Source: Chrysomallon squamiferum | Taxonomy: Eukaryota; Animalia; Mollusca | Assembly: GCA_012295275.1 (NCBI GenBank) | Contig: CM022677.1 | Location: forward strand, 14,446,001-14,510,000 | DNA: 64,000 nucleotides | Direction of reading: 5' to 3' | Shown here: piece after piece, positions 14,256 through 25,890 of the stretch | How positions within the stretch are numbered: position 1 is the stretch's first letter | Layout of the letters: every line of letters starts with the position of its first letter | The notes under the pieces: model-generated | The model's database searches: none | The model's input: the letters and a program-made list of their open reading frames with translations, nothing else | Told to the model about the DNA's origin: nothing | Made by a program: the position numbers and the translations under genes

Positions 14256-14628
14256 TACAAGTTTTTAATAAAAAAAAAACATTTACTCGCCCGCATAGAA
14301 AAGATAAATAAGTAAACAAATGAAAAAAACAAAAATTAAGACTAAATAAATGAACATATTAATAAACAGCAAATCAAAAATAAACAAATAAACAAATACA
14401 TAAATAAAAAAGTTAACAAATAAATAAATAAATAAATAAATAAATAAATACCAACAACAATAATAAACACAGTAAGAAAAGCAGAAGTGGCAAGACCTCT
14501 GCCAAAAATAATAAAAGTACTGAATGACGTTAACTACCTAATTAAACTGAAAACACGTTATCAGTTTTATGATCAGAGTTAGTATTAGAATTACACGTAA
14601 CGACTCCGTTAGTGTTGGGAATAGAGTC

Positions 14629-14930
14629 TGGGTTAGGGTTAAGTTATGGTAAGGGTTAAGTTATGGTAAGGGTTAAGTTATGGTAAGGGTTAAATTATGG
14701 TAAGGGTTACGGTGATGTTTATTTAAAGTTTATTATCAGTGTTACGACAATGTGCAAAATAATTTTAGGGTCACCATTAGGAGGAGCGTTAAGGTAAGAA
14801 TCCACGTTGTGGACTTAGGCGGGAATAGGTTTAGAATTTGAGTAGGTTAGGGTTAGGTTAGGTTAGGGCTAGGCTAGATTAGGTTAGAGGTAAGATTAGG
14901 GTCATTGTTTGGGTTAGGCTTAGGATTACG
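14629..14930 (+). repeat. Degenerate interstitial telomere-like repeats, including a 17-bp unit x4
   Basis: GGGTTAGGGTT, then (AAGTTATGGTAAGGGTT)x4, then TTAGG/TTAGGG-like runs. Confidence 0.75.
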
Positions 14931-16034
14931 GTGGTGTGGAAAATAGTTTTACACTCAGAGTTAACAAATTCTCTTTGTATAAACAAAATGAAGGTTAGGA
15001 TGATATTAAAATTTAGCGTCATTTGCTGTATTCAATTGTTACCATCATAAACCTGTTTTTAATTGTCACATTTTCCCAAAAAAATCCTTCTAATAAAAAT
15101 GGTTTAAATGTTTATGATAACAAAAATTATTATCGATTTTCTTTTAACAGTTATCTAATATCAAAGAAAACTTAATTTTTTATCACGTTAAATTTCAGAA
15201 ACAATGGTAAGATGGTCTCTTCTTTATGAAACCGGAAAGTATAATCAGAAATATGGAGGACCTTCTATAGTAATATTAATTAACAAATTATGTTGAGAGT
15301 TATTAATGTAATTAATAAAATATTAAGTTATTTTCGTTGATTTTAACTTTCATTGTATAAACTGCGCTTCAGATAATTTGAGAATAAATGACTAAAACGT
15401 GACTTTTCTTCTTTTTTAAAAAGGTTTTCAGTATATTTTAACCTTGAGATATCCCGTTTATTTTGTAATAGGAGCATGTTCATAAAAGTGAATAGAGACT
15501 TAGCAAAAATGATATAAAATATAGGTTATTTAAACCAAATCTCAGTGTATTCATTAAAACAGCTCTACTGTCAGTAAATATAAACTTTGCATTAAATAAA
15601 TTTGCAGAAAATGATTCATACTATTAAAGTATATTAATTTACAGTACTGCTAGTAACTAAAGGATAAGTACTGTTGTGACATTCAAGTTAATAGAAAATT
15701 AGACTTTTAGACAAAAAGTGAAGATTAATTACAGGCTGATAGTATGAATCAACATAAACCTGTTTAAAGTGAAATGCTTGATCGCTAGACATTAATGTGG
15801 TTTTCTGTTCAACAACATATTAGAGTGATAATTAGATGTGCAGCGTAATATCAAGTGGTGCTAAGTTCTTTATTTAACCAATATTGTAAAACGTAAAGGC
15901 TACAAGACAGAGACAGGTGAGATACATTTTATTATCTATCACATTATTATTTATAATTACAGTCTTCTAGAGTGACTGAATAAAGTGAGTTTCAGCTAAA
16001 ATAATGTTTCATTATTATTATTATTATTATTATT

Positions 16035-16135
<101 letters not shown>

Positions 16136-19100
16136 GGACTTCTTCTTTATTTTCTTTATTTTATTTTATTATTATTTTTAATCAAAAAAGTCCCACAACA
16201 AACACACACCTCAGTACTCATTAAACATTTTTTAATAATAACAATAATAATGATAATAATAATAGTCATATAATACATTATTACAGATAAACTCAGTTTA
16301 ATCATATAAACAAGTCATGTTAATAATAAAAATACTGACAGTGAATACAACGTAAATTCCGATGCGCAGTCTTTCTTCAGATATCTGTAGAAATGTAATT
16401 CTCAATTTGTCAGTATAACCGTTGTGACTCTAGAAGCCTTTTCTCCATCTGCAATCTTAATACATTATCCAGAGATACTCGTATTTTCCTGTAATATATA
16501 ATCAATAAATTGTGAAAAAAAAAAATATATATATATATAATAATAATAATAACGCACATATACTCACACAATTCCTTAGTTGTTATTAAAGTTTTAAAAA
16601 ATGTTTATGATTTAACCTGTTCTATAATTCTCGATTTACACTGATTCTACATTCTGTCATATTAACTGCTCTCTACTAAACATTATTTTTTTTTTGTTCA
16701 AATATAAAAATGAAATATTTACTTTATTTATACGGCGTTATTTGATTTGAATAAACCTTTTCCAGCAGTATCACCTTTCCTTTTTGTATTTTCTAATTGT
16801 TAAATACAAAATGTTTGACATTATACAGCGCCGTGTTTCACAATAATATGTGGGTAAGTAACAGAAAACAACATTGCGCCGTTTCTTAAACTAAATTTTG
16901 ATAACCTTGATAAAGTCAAAAAATAAAATGTTATTTTCGGTTACAGCCAAAAAAGATTTTGATATATTTTATTAAAAACGGCATTAACTTGATAAGATGA
17001 ATAATTTTCTGCAGATAACACGTGCCTGTCTGACTTTTCCTATTGTTAAGAGAAAAGTATATCAATTAATTTTCTGAAAGGAAATATTTCTACTATAAAA
17101 TAAGAATATAATTACCAAGATATTCAGTTTCGCACAGAAATAAGTCTGGGAAAAGGGAAACTTATTAATGTATTTTCACTCAGTCATTCTGTATTTTATC
17201 TATATTTATCTATTATTATTATATTCAGAGGTGATCTAATATAATGAAATATTAATTTTCGAGGTAAACTACAAAAAATCGTGATATTTTAAATTTGTTT
17301 TGATAATGACATGTAAAAAGATCAGTGTTAAACAGCAGTACAGTTATTATAAGATTAAGGTAATTTTCGCTCATTATCTCAATTTATTCGTGTAAACTGC
17401 TGGTAGTAAATTAAAACGTAAATTCTGTCCAGCGTTCTCAAATTACCTTCAGAAAACTACGCTCATAGAAACTAAATATGATATTTATGTCATTAATTCT
17501 CAAGGTATTAATATAAATTGCTGCGATTCCATTAAGGTAGGTTTTAACGTTATTGTGTTCTTTACAAAATATTTTTAAAGTTTTGTAGAAGACGTATGGA
17601 TAGGCATGTTGTTGTTGTTTTTTTGTGGTTTTTTATGATATAACTTACACATTATAATATTAATACAGTAGACATCTCCTAGTAGAATAAAATGTAACTG
17701 TAAGTGAAATTATCAGTATTGTTTATGATGCAAAATAGAGGTAAAACATAATAAAACATCACGTTATTTTCATTCAGTATCAGTTCATGATATAAACGTC
17801 GCTGGTTTTATGTATAAAACGTGAATTACGTCGCGTAATTTTTTTGCAAAATCAAATTCTGTGATTCAAGTAAAGTGTAACTTCTCACGTGTTCAGTATT
17901 AATTTTTTTAACTCAGTTTAAGAGAAAAATATTGTCACAATAGAGTGGCTTCCCCTGTATATCTAGTCATTAAGTTATTTATTTCTGAATTTACAAGTCG
18001 AGCGCTGAATGCCACTATAAAATTAACAGGTCAGATCTACATAAAGTGATATTTGATTAACAGCAGAACAGATTTCACTAAAAAGCTCTGAATGATGCTG
18101 AAAACTGAGCTTTTACTTTATAAGAATCCATTCATTTTTGATGATACGTTGATAATAAATGATGTCAACATATATATATTTGTTAAGATGCAAATCAAAG
18201 GTGAACGTAATAAAATATCGATGTAAGTAGTGTTTTTTTTTTACTAAGATGGAACGTAATTTCCGCTCAGTCTGTTTAGTCGTATAAACTGCACAGCTGG
18301 TAGTAAACAAAAACGTAAATTCTGTCGAGCAGTCTGAAATTATCTTCAGAAAACTACCAAATTAAATATGATATTATACACAGAAATTAAAGATTAACTG
18401 GTATATATTGGTTATCATATTTTAAAATATGGTTTATTTGAAAGGCCCTCTGTATTTCTCAACAACAAAAATATGTATATAAATAAATAAATATATAAAT
18501 AAATAAATAAATACATGTATAGTTTTATATAAAATTTGTTTTAGAGAGCCATGAAAAGATATTATCAGTAGTAAACAATTAAAAAAAGAAGCATTAAGCT
18601 TATCCAGCAGTGCAGTTTATAAAGCAAAATGTAGAATCAGGACAAATAATGATATTATATATTTATTTCGAATTCTTCACCTTTTCCTGTATTTTTGTAT
18701 TTAACAGTGTCTTCGCCTCGGGAACTTCTTTTACATGGTAGACTGTAAAATAGATGACATAATCGAGATGCACAAAGATATAGATAGAACAATAATAATA
18801 ATAACTAGTTTGGACTGTTCATAGAGAGAAATTGTTAAAACTAGAATTTATGGATTGATAGAGAAACACATGGACAGATGTGGGTATACGTATTGGCTGT
18901 CAGAAAAAGAAAATGGGTATATATATATATACACACACACAAGTTGTGTGAGTATTTGTGTGTACTGACGGAAATTAGAATTTTTGTATGTGTTATGTGA
19001 GGCATGGGTACGTAGGAGAAATCGATGGAGACATAGAGAGAGACAGATGTGAATGTGAAAGGATGAGTTGGTACGTACATGTTATCTGTGAGAAAGAGTT

Positions 19101-20045
19101 AATGTGTTTGGTGTCAAATAACTTCTGTATGGCAAGGACAGTGTCCTTGTTTATGTATAAATAAATACAAATTCTAAGAGTTTTGATTGTTGTTGTCTTC
19201 TCAAAAAACCAAAGAAAAATTATATAAAAATAGAGATAAAAAACAGAATTATTAATCGGATTATTTTAATGATTTATTCTTATATTATTGTCTTGATTTT
19301 GAATTGTTGTTATTAACATTAAAAGATATTTGTAGATAGCTGAAATTAATCAGATTAAAAAAATAATTTTAGCAAGTCTTTTTAAAAATAGATTTGGAGT
19401 AATTTTTAATTTAAAGAAATGAAAATGAAATTATGTATGTCTATAATAATAAAAATAAAAATAAAAATACTACTACTAATAATAATAATAATGATAATAA
19501 AATTTAAAGAATTAAAAATTAATTTGCTTCATTATGGCGTCATTATAACATTATCAAATAAATGTAAAATGTGTTCATAGTACAAAATCTTAAAGGCTTA
19601 TGTCACTATAATTCATTATTAGAATTCATTGTTAAAAAAGTGGTGTTTAGTTTTGTCTTAAAATGTTATTGTAATTATATTTCTTATTTAACAAACTTCA
19701 GTTTGATTAGTAACATCATGCAGAGTGATCTTGACTGCTCAAAATCTATATGAAAAATTCACTGTTTTTATTCAAGGGACAAATCGAAAAAAGAGAAGTT
19801 TTTAGCAAAATAGAAATTTTACAATAATTAATTAAGTAATAATAATAACGCAAATAAACAAACAAATAATGGAAATTGGCTCTTTATAAATTGTTGGAGT
19901 GAATGTATGGTACTATTGAAATATTTTGTTCTAAATCATTTTAAAGAATTAGCTAAATTCATCTAAATGTAGCTATTCAAATTTGGCTTGACACTGCTAA
20001 GGGATATAACTTTAACGTGTTTGTAAATATACAAAAAAGACTGAG

Positions 20046-20092
<47 letters not shown>

Positions 20093-22199
20093 ATATATAT
20101 AAATAATGATTATGTCAGATTATCTTTTGCAAGTTGATAACAAATACAGAAGATGTTGATCAATATATACATAATAAAAATAAAAACACACAAAGACTAT
20201 TCTTTCTTTCTTTATTTTTGTTTTAAATTATTTGAATGTGCCTTAACATTTTTAAGAAATTGAAAACATTTCAGAAATATTTTCCATTTTCATTATTGTT
20301 TTTAGATAAGATACAATGAGGTTGTATTTGCAAATGTCAGGATTTAAAACAGTTAAGAACAAATACTGTTTACTTCTTTTTTTTTAAATATTTGTACTGC
20401 CACCCATTTATGTAACATAACCTGGCTATATTTTATTGTTAATCAAAAACTCCAAACATTGCTAAAAATATTTAAAATACTGAATTTGCATAATCTTACA
20501 ATATCTCTTAGAATAAAAAATGAAAAATTGAATCTGAAAGCTGGAGAAATATTTACTATAATTCTTAAAAGCAAAGACTGTTAGGGACTATTTGAATTAC
20601 TTTGTTTGTTGTCATATGCATTTCTGAACTGTTTTACCAGATTGCCTTATGTCTGTATTAGGACCTATGCTACTGTTGCTTAAGTAAACAAGTTTCTTTC
20701 TCCAGATGATAACTTGTGCAGGGCAATTGCTAGTGATGTCTACCAATTACACTATAACAAAACATGAGGTGCTAGATTTTTGTACAAACAAACCAGCTTT
20801 AATTTCCATGCAGCTTGGAAATATATTAAATACCAAATTGTACTTTATTTTTTAAAGAGATTAATATTACTTTGTTTTCTTTTATTTATTTATTTATTAA
20901 TTTATTTATATTTTTTTCCTAGTTTGTTAATTGAATTAAAGAGAAAATACAGATTTATGAAACATTTATATAAAATTATCAGTATATAAAAATAAAATCA
21001 TTAAAGAAGACAAACAGTGTAAATATTTAAATTTAATTGTTAATTTAATCTGAAAAAATCCTGACAATTTTCTAGTAATTTCTCAGAAGAAAAAAGATAA
21101 ATGCAGTTGAACACATTTGACTTAAGCATGAATAAAAAATGAATTAGTACATTTAAATAGCTATATTGTTATTTCTAAAACTGATTAATAAACCCTGATA
21201 TAATTAATAAGTAAAACCATTTTGAGAACAATATAAAGTTAATGAAGAAATAAAATGTGGGAAGACAAAACAAAATATGTTACTGATCAATGAAAACATA
21301 ATGTATATTATATACTATATCCTTTTACAGTCCTTCTCACGGATTTTGTTTTTTGTTTTAAAGAAAATCAAAACTGTTGATATTTTCTAGCTATCTATTA
21401 TTATTTATAGTCCAGATAAGATGGAAACACTAAAAATAAAAAAGTAAAGTGCTGCAATCCATACAATAAGAAACACTGCTGACAGAAGCTTGGAATTTCC
21501 TACACAAACAGTTCTACAGATTTCCTAAAATCACTCATCTAGATCCATTACTAAAATAACCATTAACGTAAATGAAATAACAATAAATCATTTCTTGATC
21601 ATATTTCAGGCTCTGAATAAAACAAAGTTGAACTTAAAAATACTGAAACATAAGTAAATCATACTGAAAACATTAAATTATCACTAAAAATGCTCTTTTA
21701 TATATTACATGCAAATAGTAATAAATACAAAATACAAAATAAAAGATTATACTTTAGCTATTAAAGTGCAGATCACTTAATAATTTAAAACAATATTATT
21801 TGCTTCACTATTATTTTGAGTAGATTAATCGCCATCAAACAACACATACAACTAATCTTCATGACATTCTTGTCATTTTAGGGGAAACACACATAAAATT
21901 CTAGGTGTGCACCGTGTACTTGATACAGGGCTGGGATACCTACTGCACTGGGGTAACAGAGATTTACAAAATAAAATACCAAAATGGCTTTTCTATTGTT
22001 TTTATCATCATAACACCCATTATTCATAAATAAGGTCAACATCATCATAATAAATAAATAAATAATGTTGAAATTAAATGAACAATCTTGAATATTAGAA
22101 AACAAAATATATATGTATGCTGTAAGCAAATGTGACATTTTTTAAAGTGAAGTGCAAAAGTAAAAATTAAAATAAATGTGTAAAGTTGATAAGTTGAGA

Positions 22200-23700
22200 A
22201 GTTGATAAGATGTCGCAAGTTCAACAGTAACCCGAGTATTACGTGCACATCAAAGAGATATTCGATGTTATCAAACGTGCACACATTGACACTGGCCACA
22301 GTGGTTGCAATCAAATGGTAAAAGAGACAGACAAGAAGTATGCCAATATTACCAGGGATTCTACTGAACTGTTTATGTCAATGTGCACTGACTGTCAGCG
22401 TAAACTGATGACAAAGGGTGTGGTTGTCTGACCAATCTTGTCTAAAGAGTTGTCTGCTCAAGGTCAAGTAGATCTCATTGAATGCAATCGTTACCGCATA
22501 GTTCTGTCGAGTGGATTATGGTGTATCAGGATCATCTTACAAAGTTTGTTGTTATCCGCCCACTGACATCAAAGCGAGCTGCTGAGGTTGCAAACCAACT
22601 CATGGACATATTTCTGCTATTCGGTGCACCACATATATTACAACAGTTCCGAATTTACAGCTCAAATCATTTCTGATTTGAAGAGTTGTGGCCAGAGCTA
22701 GTTACAGTGCTTGATAAACTATGCCACACACAGAGTCAAGGTTTTGTAGAACGAGTTAATTATGGCATTAAAGACAGGCTTGTTGCATGATGAGTGAGAA
22801 TGATAGCGCTGATGCGTCTGTTGGTGTTAAATTTGTTCAGTTTCACAAGCACTCGACTTTCAATGCTGGAATAAAACAGTCACCTTATGCAACTTATTTG
22901 GCAGGATTGGTTTGACTTCCTCGTCATTACCATATGATGTTGACACTCAACCTCTACCAGAAATGACTGAACCTCTATCAGAAACAACTCAACCTCTATT
23001 AGAAACCACTGAACCTCTACCAGAAACAAATCAACCTCTATCAGAAACAACTCAACCTATACCAGAAACAATCAACTTCTACCAGAAACAACTCAACCAA
23101 TGAGCAGCATATACAAGAAAAGAAAGCTTGCAGTAGCCGCACAACAGAAACAAGCCGAGCTTGTTGTTAAGTCACGTGATTATGAAGAATGGTGCTGTTG
23201 GTGATAACGTAGCTGAGCCCATTCCGTCTGTTGATAGGGCATTTTTCTTGTATTCTGAAAGGGAAATATACCAGTTTGATTTATGTCCTCAGAGACTCCT
23301 GAGTGAATCTGACATTAACAGTGTGTCACTTCATCAAGCCAACAAAAAGCAGTCTCAACACGGTGGTCAGAGTTTCGTCAAGTGCAGTTGTAATGGATCT
23401 AAGAGATGTCGGAGTAAGAGATGTGCTTGTTTCAAAAATAATGTTTTGTGTAATAGCAGATGTCACAACAGTGTAAATTGTTTAAATAAATGAAGTATGT
23501 ATTATGTGTCACCAATGTATTACACTGGTAAATTGTTGTTACATGTAGTTGATTATTCAATACAGATAAAACATAGTTATTAGAAAAGACCCAAGAAATA
23601 CCCTTTAGCCGAACGATTGAACATTTTATTCATTTTGGCCAAATGACTAGAGGTCACAGGCATTTGACCAAATGACTGTTTTGACACATTGACTGTAACA
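22200..23700 (+). mobile_element. Decayed Ginger-like (KRBA2/SCAND3-type) DDE integrase DNA transposon; left end not found, right terminus probably at 23700
   Basis: HHCC zinc motif (RAHIDTGH...MCTDCQRK), QVDLI, WIMVYQDHLTKFVVIRPLTSKRAAEVA, FGAPHILQ, HTQSQGFVERVN, and C-terminal CSCNGSKRCRSKRCACFKNNVLCNSRCH. Many stops and frameshifts. Ends with repeated CCAAATGACT sub-terminal motifs and ...TGTAACA (Ginger elements have TGT...ACA termini). Confidence 0.88.
22945..23098 (+). repeat. 21-bp tandem repeat inside the integrase element, about 7 copies
   Basis: AACCTCTA(C/T)CAGAAACAACT(C/G) units, translating as (T/N)QPLPET. Confidence 0.85.
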
Positions 23701-23765
23701 TGCAGGAAACTTCGATAATGTTTTTGTAAACAAATACAGTTTTTGGAGAATTTGTTCTCGTAAAC

Positions 23766-25311
23766 ATGAGCAGTAAGAAAGTGACAACCAAGCAGACATT
23801 ACAAATGATAATGTTTGATTCTGAGGATGAGAATGAAGCGTTGTAATATTGAAATAATAGTGATTTTTAAAGTGAAGAGAGTGATGATGATCTTGTCAAT
23901 GATACAAATAATGAAAACATGAATGCAAATGAAGGTGAAAGTGATTCTGCTGATAATCACAGCCCAGGTGGTGATGTTTTACAACCTGTAAGGAGGTGTG
24001 GCAGTGGTTGAGGATGCAGCCGCGGTAGAGGACGTGATCGAGGTGTGTGACGGAATCCTCAGCCTCAGGTCAGTGGATGAATGATGTGAGAAAGTATCGT
24101 GAAAAACAATTCAATCCTAAATATTCCAGATTCACTCAATAATGAGAGCAGGCCTGTGACATTTTGACGTTATTCTGGAATGATGATTTATGGCAGCTCT
24201 TTGTTGTTGAAACTAACAGAACATGTCAGTGAAGCAAAACGCCTCACATTAGTATGCAAAATCGTTTAGTTCACTGACAAAGATTAAAACATTTTTTTGC
24301 TGTTGAGTAGTGATGGAAATGCTTATTCACAAGAATTACTAGGAACAATTTTGGTGAGATAAGGAAAATGACCATCACACCTGGATTTTCACTGATTTTT
24401 ACAAGAGACAGATTTTTAGCAATATGGTCTATGCTACATAATGTATACGCGTTAGACCAAGAGTTAGACAAATCTGATAAGATTTACAAATCAAGGCCAA
24501 TGTTCAATCACTTGTTGGAAAAATTCGGGCTGCAATCTGTCACTTCACGAGGGAATGATTCTGATATAAAACTTCCTCTCTGTAAAACAGTATAATCAAA
24601 CAAAAACCACAAAAGTGGGGTATCAAAACCTTCCTAGTTTGTGACAGTGAGAATGGCTACATTTCAAATGCAGAAGTATATACAGGTTGCAGTAAGGATG
24701 CTGAAACAGTTGAAAATCTTGGTGTGTCTGGAAACCTTGTTGTTCGTATGTTGGAACTGTTTTGTGACCAGCATTACTGTGTGTTTACAAACAGACGCTA
24801 CACTAGTGTATATTTGTGTGAGATTTTGCTGGAAAAGAGAGGAATCTGCCTAGTGGACACTGCACTTACAAATTGCTCTCTTTTTCAAAAAAACCGTGAA
24901 AAAATCAAAAAGTTAAATCAGAAGGGTGCAGTTTGAACTATTGTTCAATAGAATTGTAGCAGCAATTGTTTGGTGTGACAAAAAGCCAATTTAGTTTGTA
25001 ACTTCTGCATGTATAGCCCACCCACCACAGTACATGTACAAAGATATGATAGTAAAGAGCACAGAAGACTTCCTGTGGGATGTCCAAAAGCTGTCCAAAG
25101 TTACAAAATGAAAAACTTATCAAGCTGCATCAGGGCAGATGTCATTAGAACTTGCCATGTGATCTTATTATGAAGTTTTTTTACATGGGCTGTGAATAAA
25201 GCATATGTAATTGTGTGGCATTATCAGTTGCATAATCCCCAGGGGCAAAGAGTGTTTGCATTCCATGTGTTTGTTGAAAAACTCTGACATCAACTTGTAG
25301 GCAATTATCAT
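23766..25311 (+). mobile_element. piggyBac (PGBD4-like) transposase pseudogene, 5' part
   Basis: ATG at 23766, acidic N-terminus and RGRGR linker, then FTRDRFLAIWSMLH, DKIYKSRPMFNHL, KPQKWGIKTFLVCDSENGYISNAEVYTG, HYCVFTNRRYTSVYL, WCDKKPI and FHVFVEKL*HQLVGNY; numerous stops and frameshifts. Confidence 0.9.
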
Positions 25312-25689
25312 GCAAATATTCAAATCACATATTATAGTGAGATAGAATTTATTGTCAGAACTGGAATGTGTCCTAAATACATTCCAATAGGTTTAGGAGG
25401 ATGTCGAGGTCCAATGCAGGGATTGACATATAAAGCAAATGAAACAACACCTATGGGTAATAAAGATAATATAAAGCATACAGAACAAGATCAGTTTTTA
25501 GATGAAGATGAAGCCAAATATAAAGAAAGAATTCAGAAAACATGGAAAATGAGATCAACTGCCCCTGTTTGGGACAATTGGAATAAACGTAGAAATAGAC
25601 GTAGACAGTTATGGCCAGTGCATGGTGCATATGGTGATAGAACTATAGAGACAATGGGAAACGCATATGATTGGTCATATCCATTATAA
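25312..25689 (+). CDS. 5'-truncated viral ORF, putative capsid C-terminus (about 125 aa)
   Basis: The frame is open from the junction: ANIQITYYSEIEFIVRTG+MCPKYIP...RRNRRRQLWP...WSYPL*. The alternating beta-strand-like start recalls the last jelly-roll strand, there is a basic patch, and the stop overlaps AATAAA (25689-25694). Capsid identity is inference. Confidence 0.5.
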   Translation, partial: ANIQITYYSEIEFIVRTGMCPKYIPIGLGGCRGPMQGLTYKANETTPMGNKDNIKHTEQDQFLDEDEAKYKERIQKTWKMRSTAPVWDNWNKRRNRRRQLWPVHGAYGDRTIETMGNAYDWSYPL

Positions 25690-25740
25690 ATAAATGTAAT
25701 TAATAGCGTATGAATACAGTTATTAGTCTTTTAATGAATT

Positions 25741-25835
25741 ACGTTTATTTTGTCACGTACACAATATGACGTCATATATATTACGTCATACCTTTAATGT
25801 TATAAATAAAGACGTTTCGAAAAATCGTCATTCGT
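25741..25835 (+). promoter_or_regulatory. Viral Rep/NS promoter and candidate replication origin
   Basis: ACGT at 25741, 25755, 25769 and 25783; CRE palindrome ATATGACGTCATAT 25764-25777; stem TATGACGT/ACGTCATA 25765-25790; TATAAATA at 25801; Inr-like TCATT at 25828; ATG at 25891. Confidence 0.7.
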
Positions 25836-25890
25836 TACTGTTGTCTCTTAACATACGAGTTGCATACAAAATATAATATTAAATTCAAAT

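Noticed and set aside
25261-25689. Functional piggyBac-capsid fusion protein
   Set aside because: The junction is in frame, but a TGA at 25285-25287 and many upstream lesions prevent translation through it; an in-frame join has a one-in-three chance.
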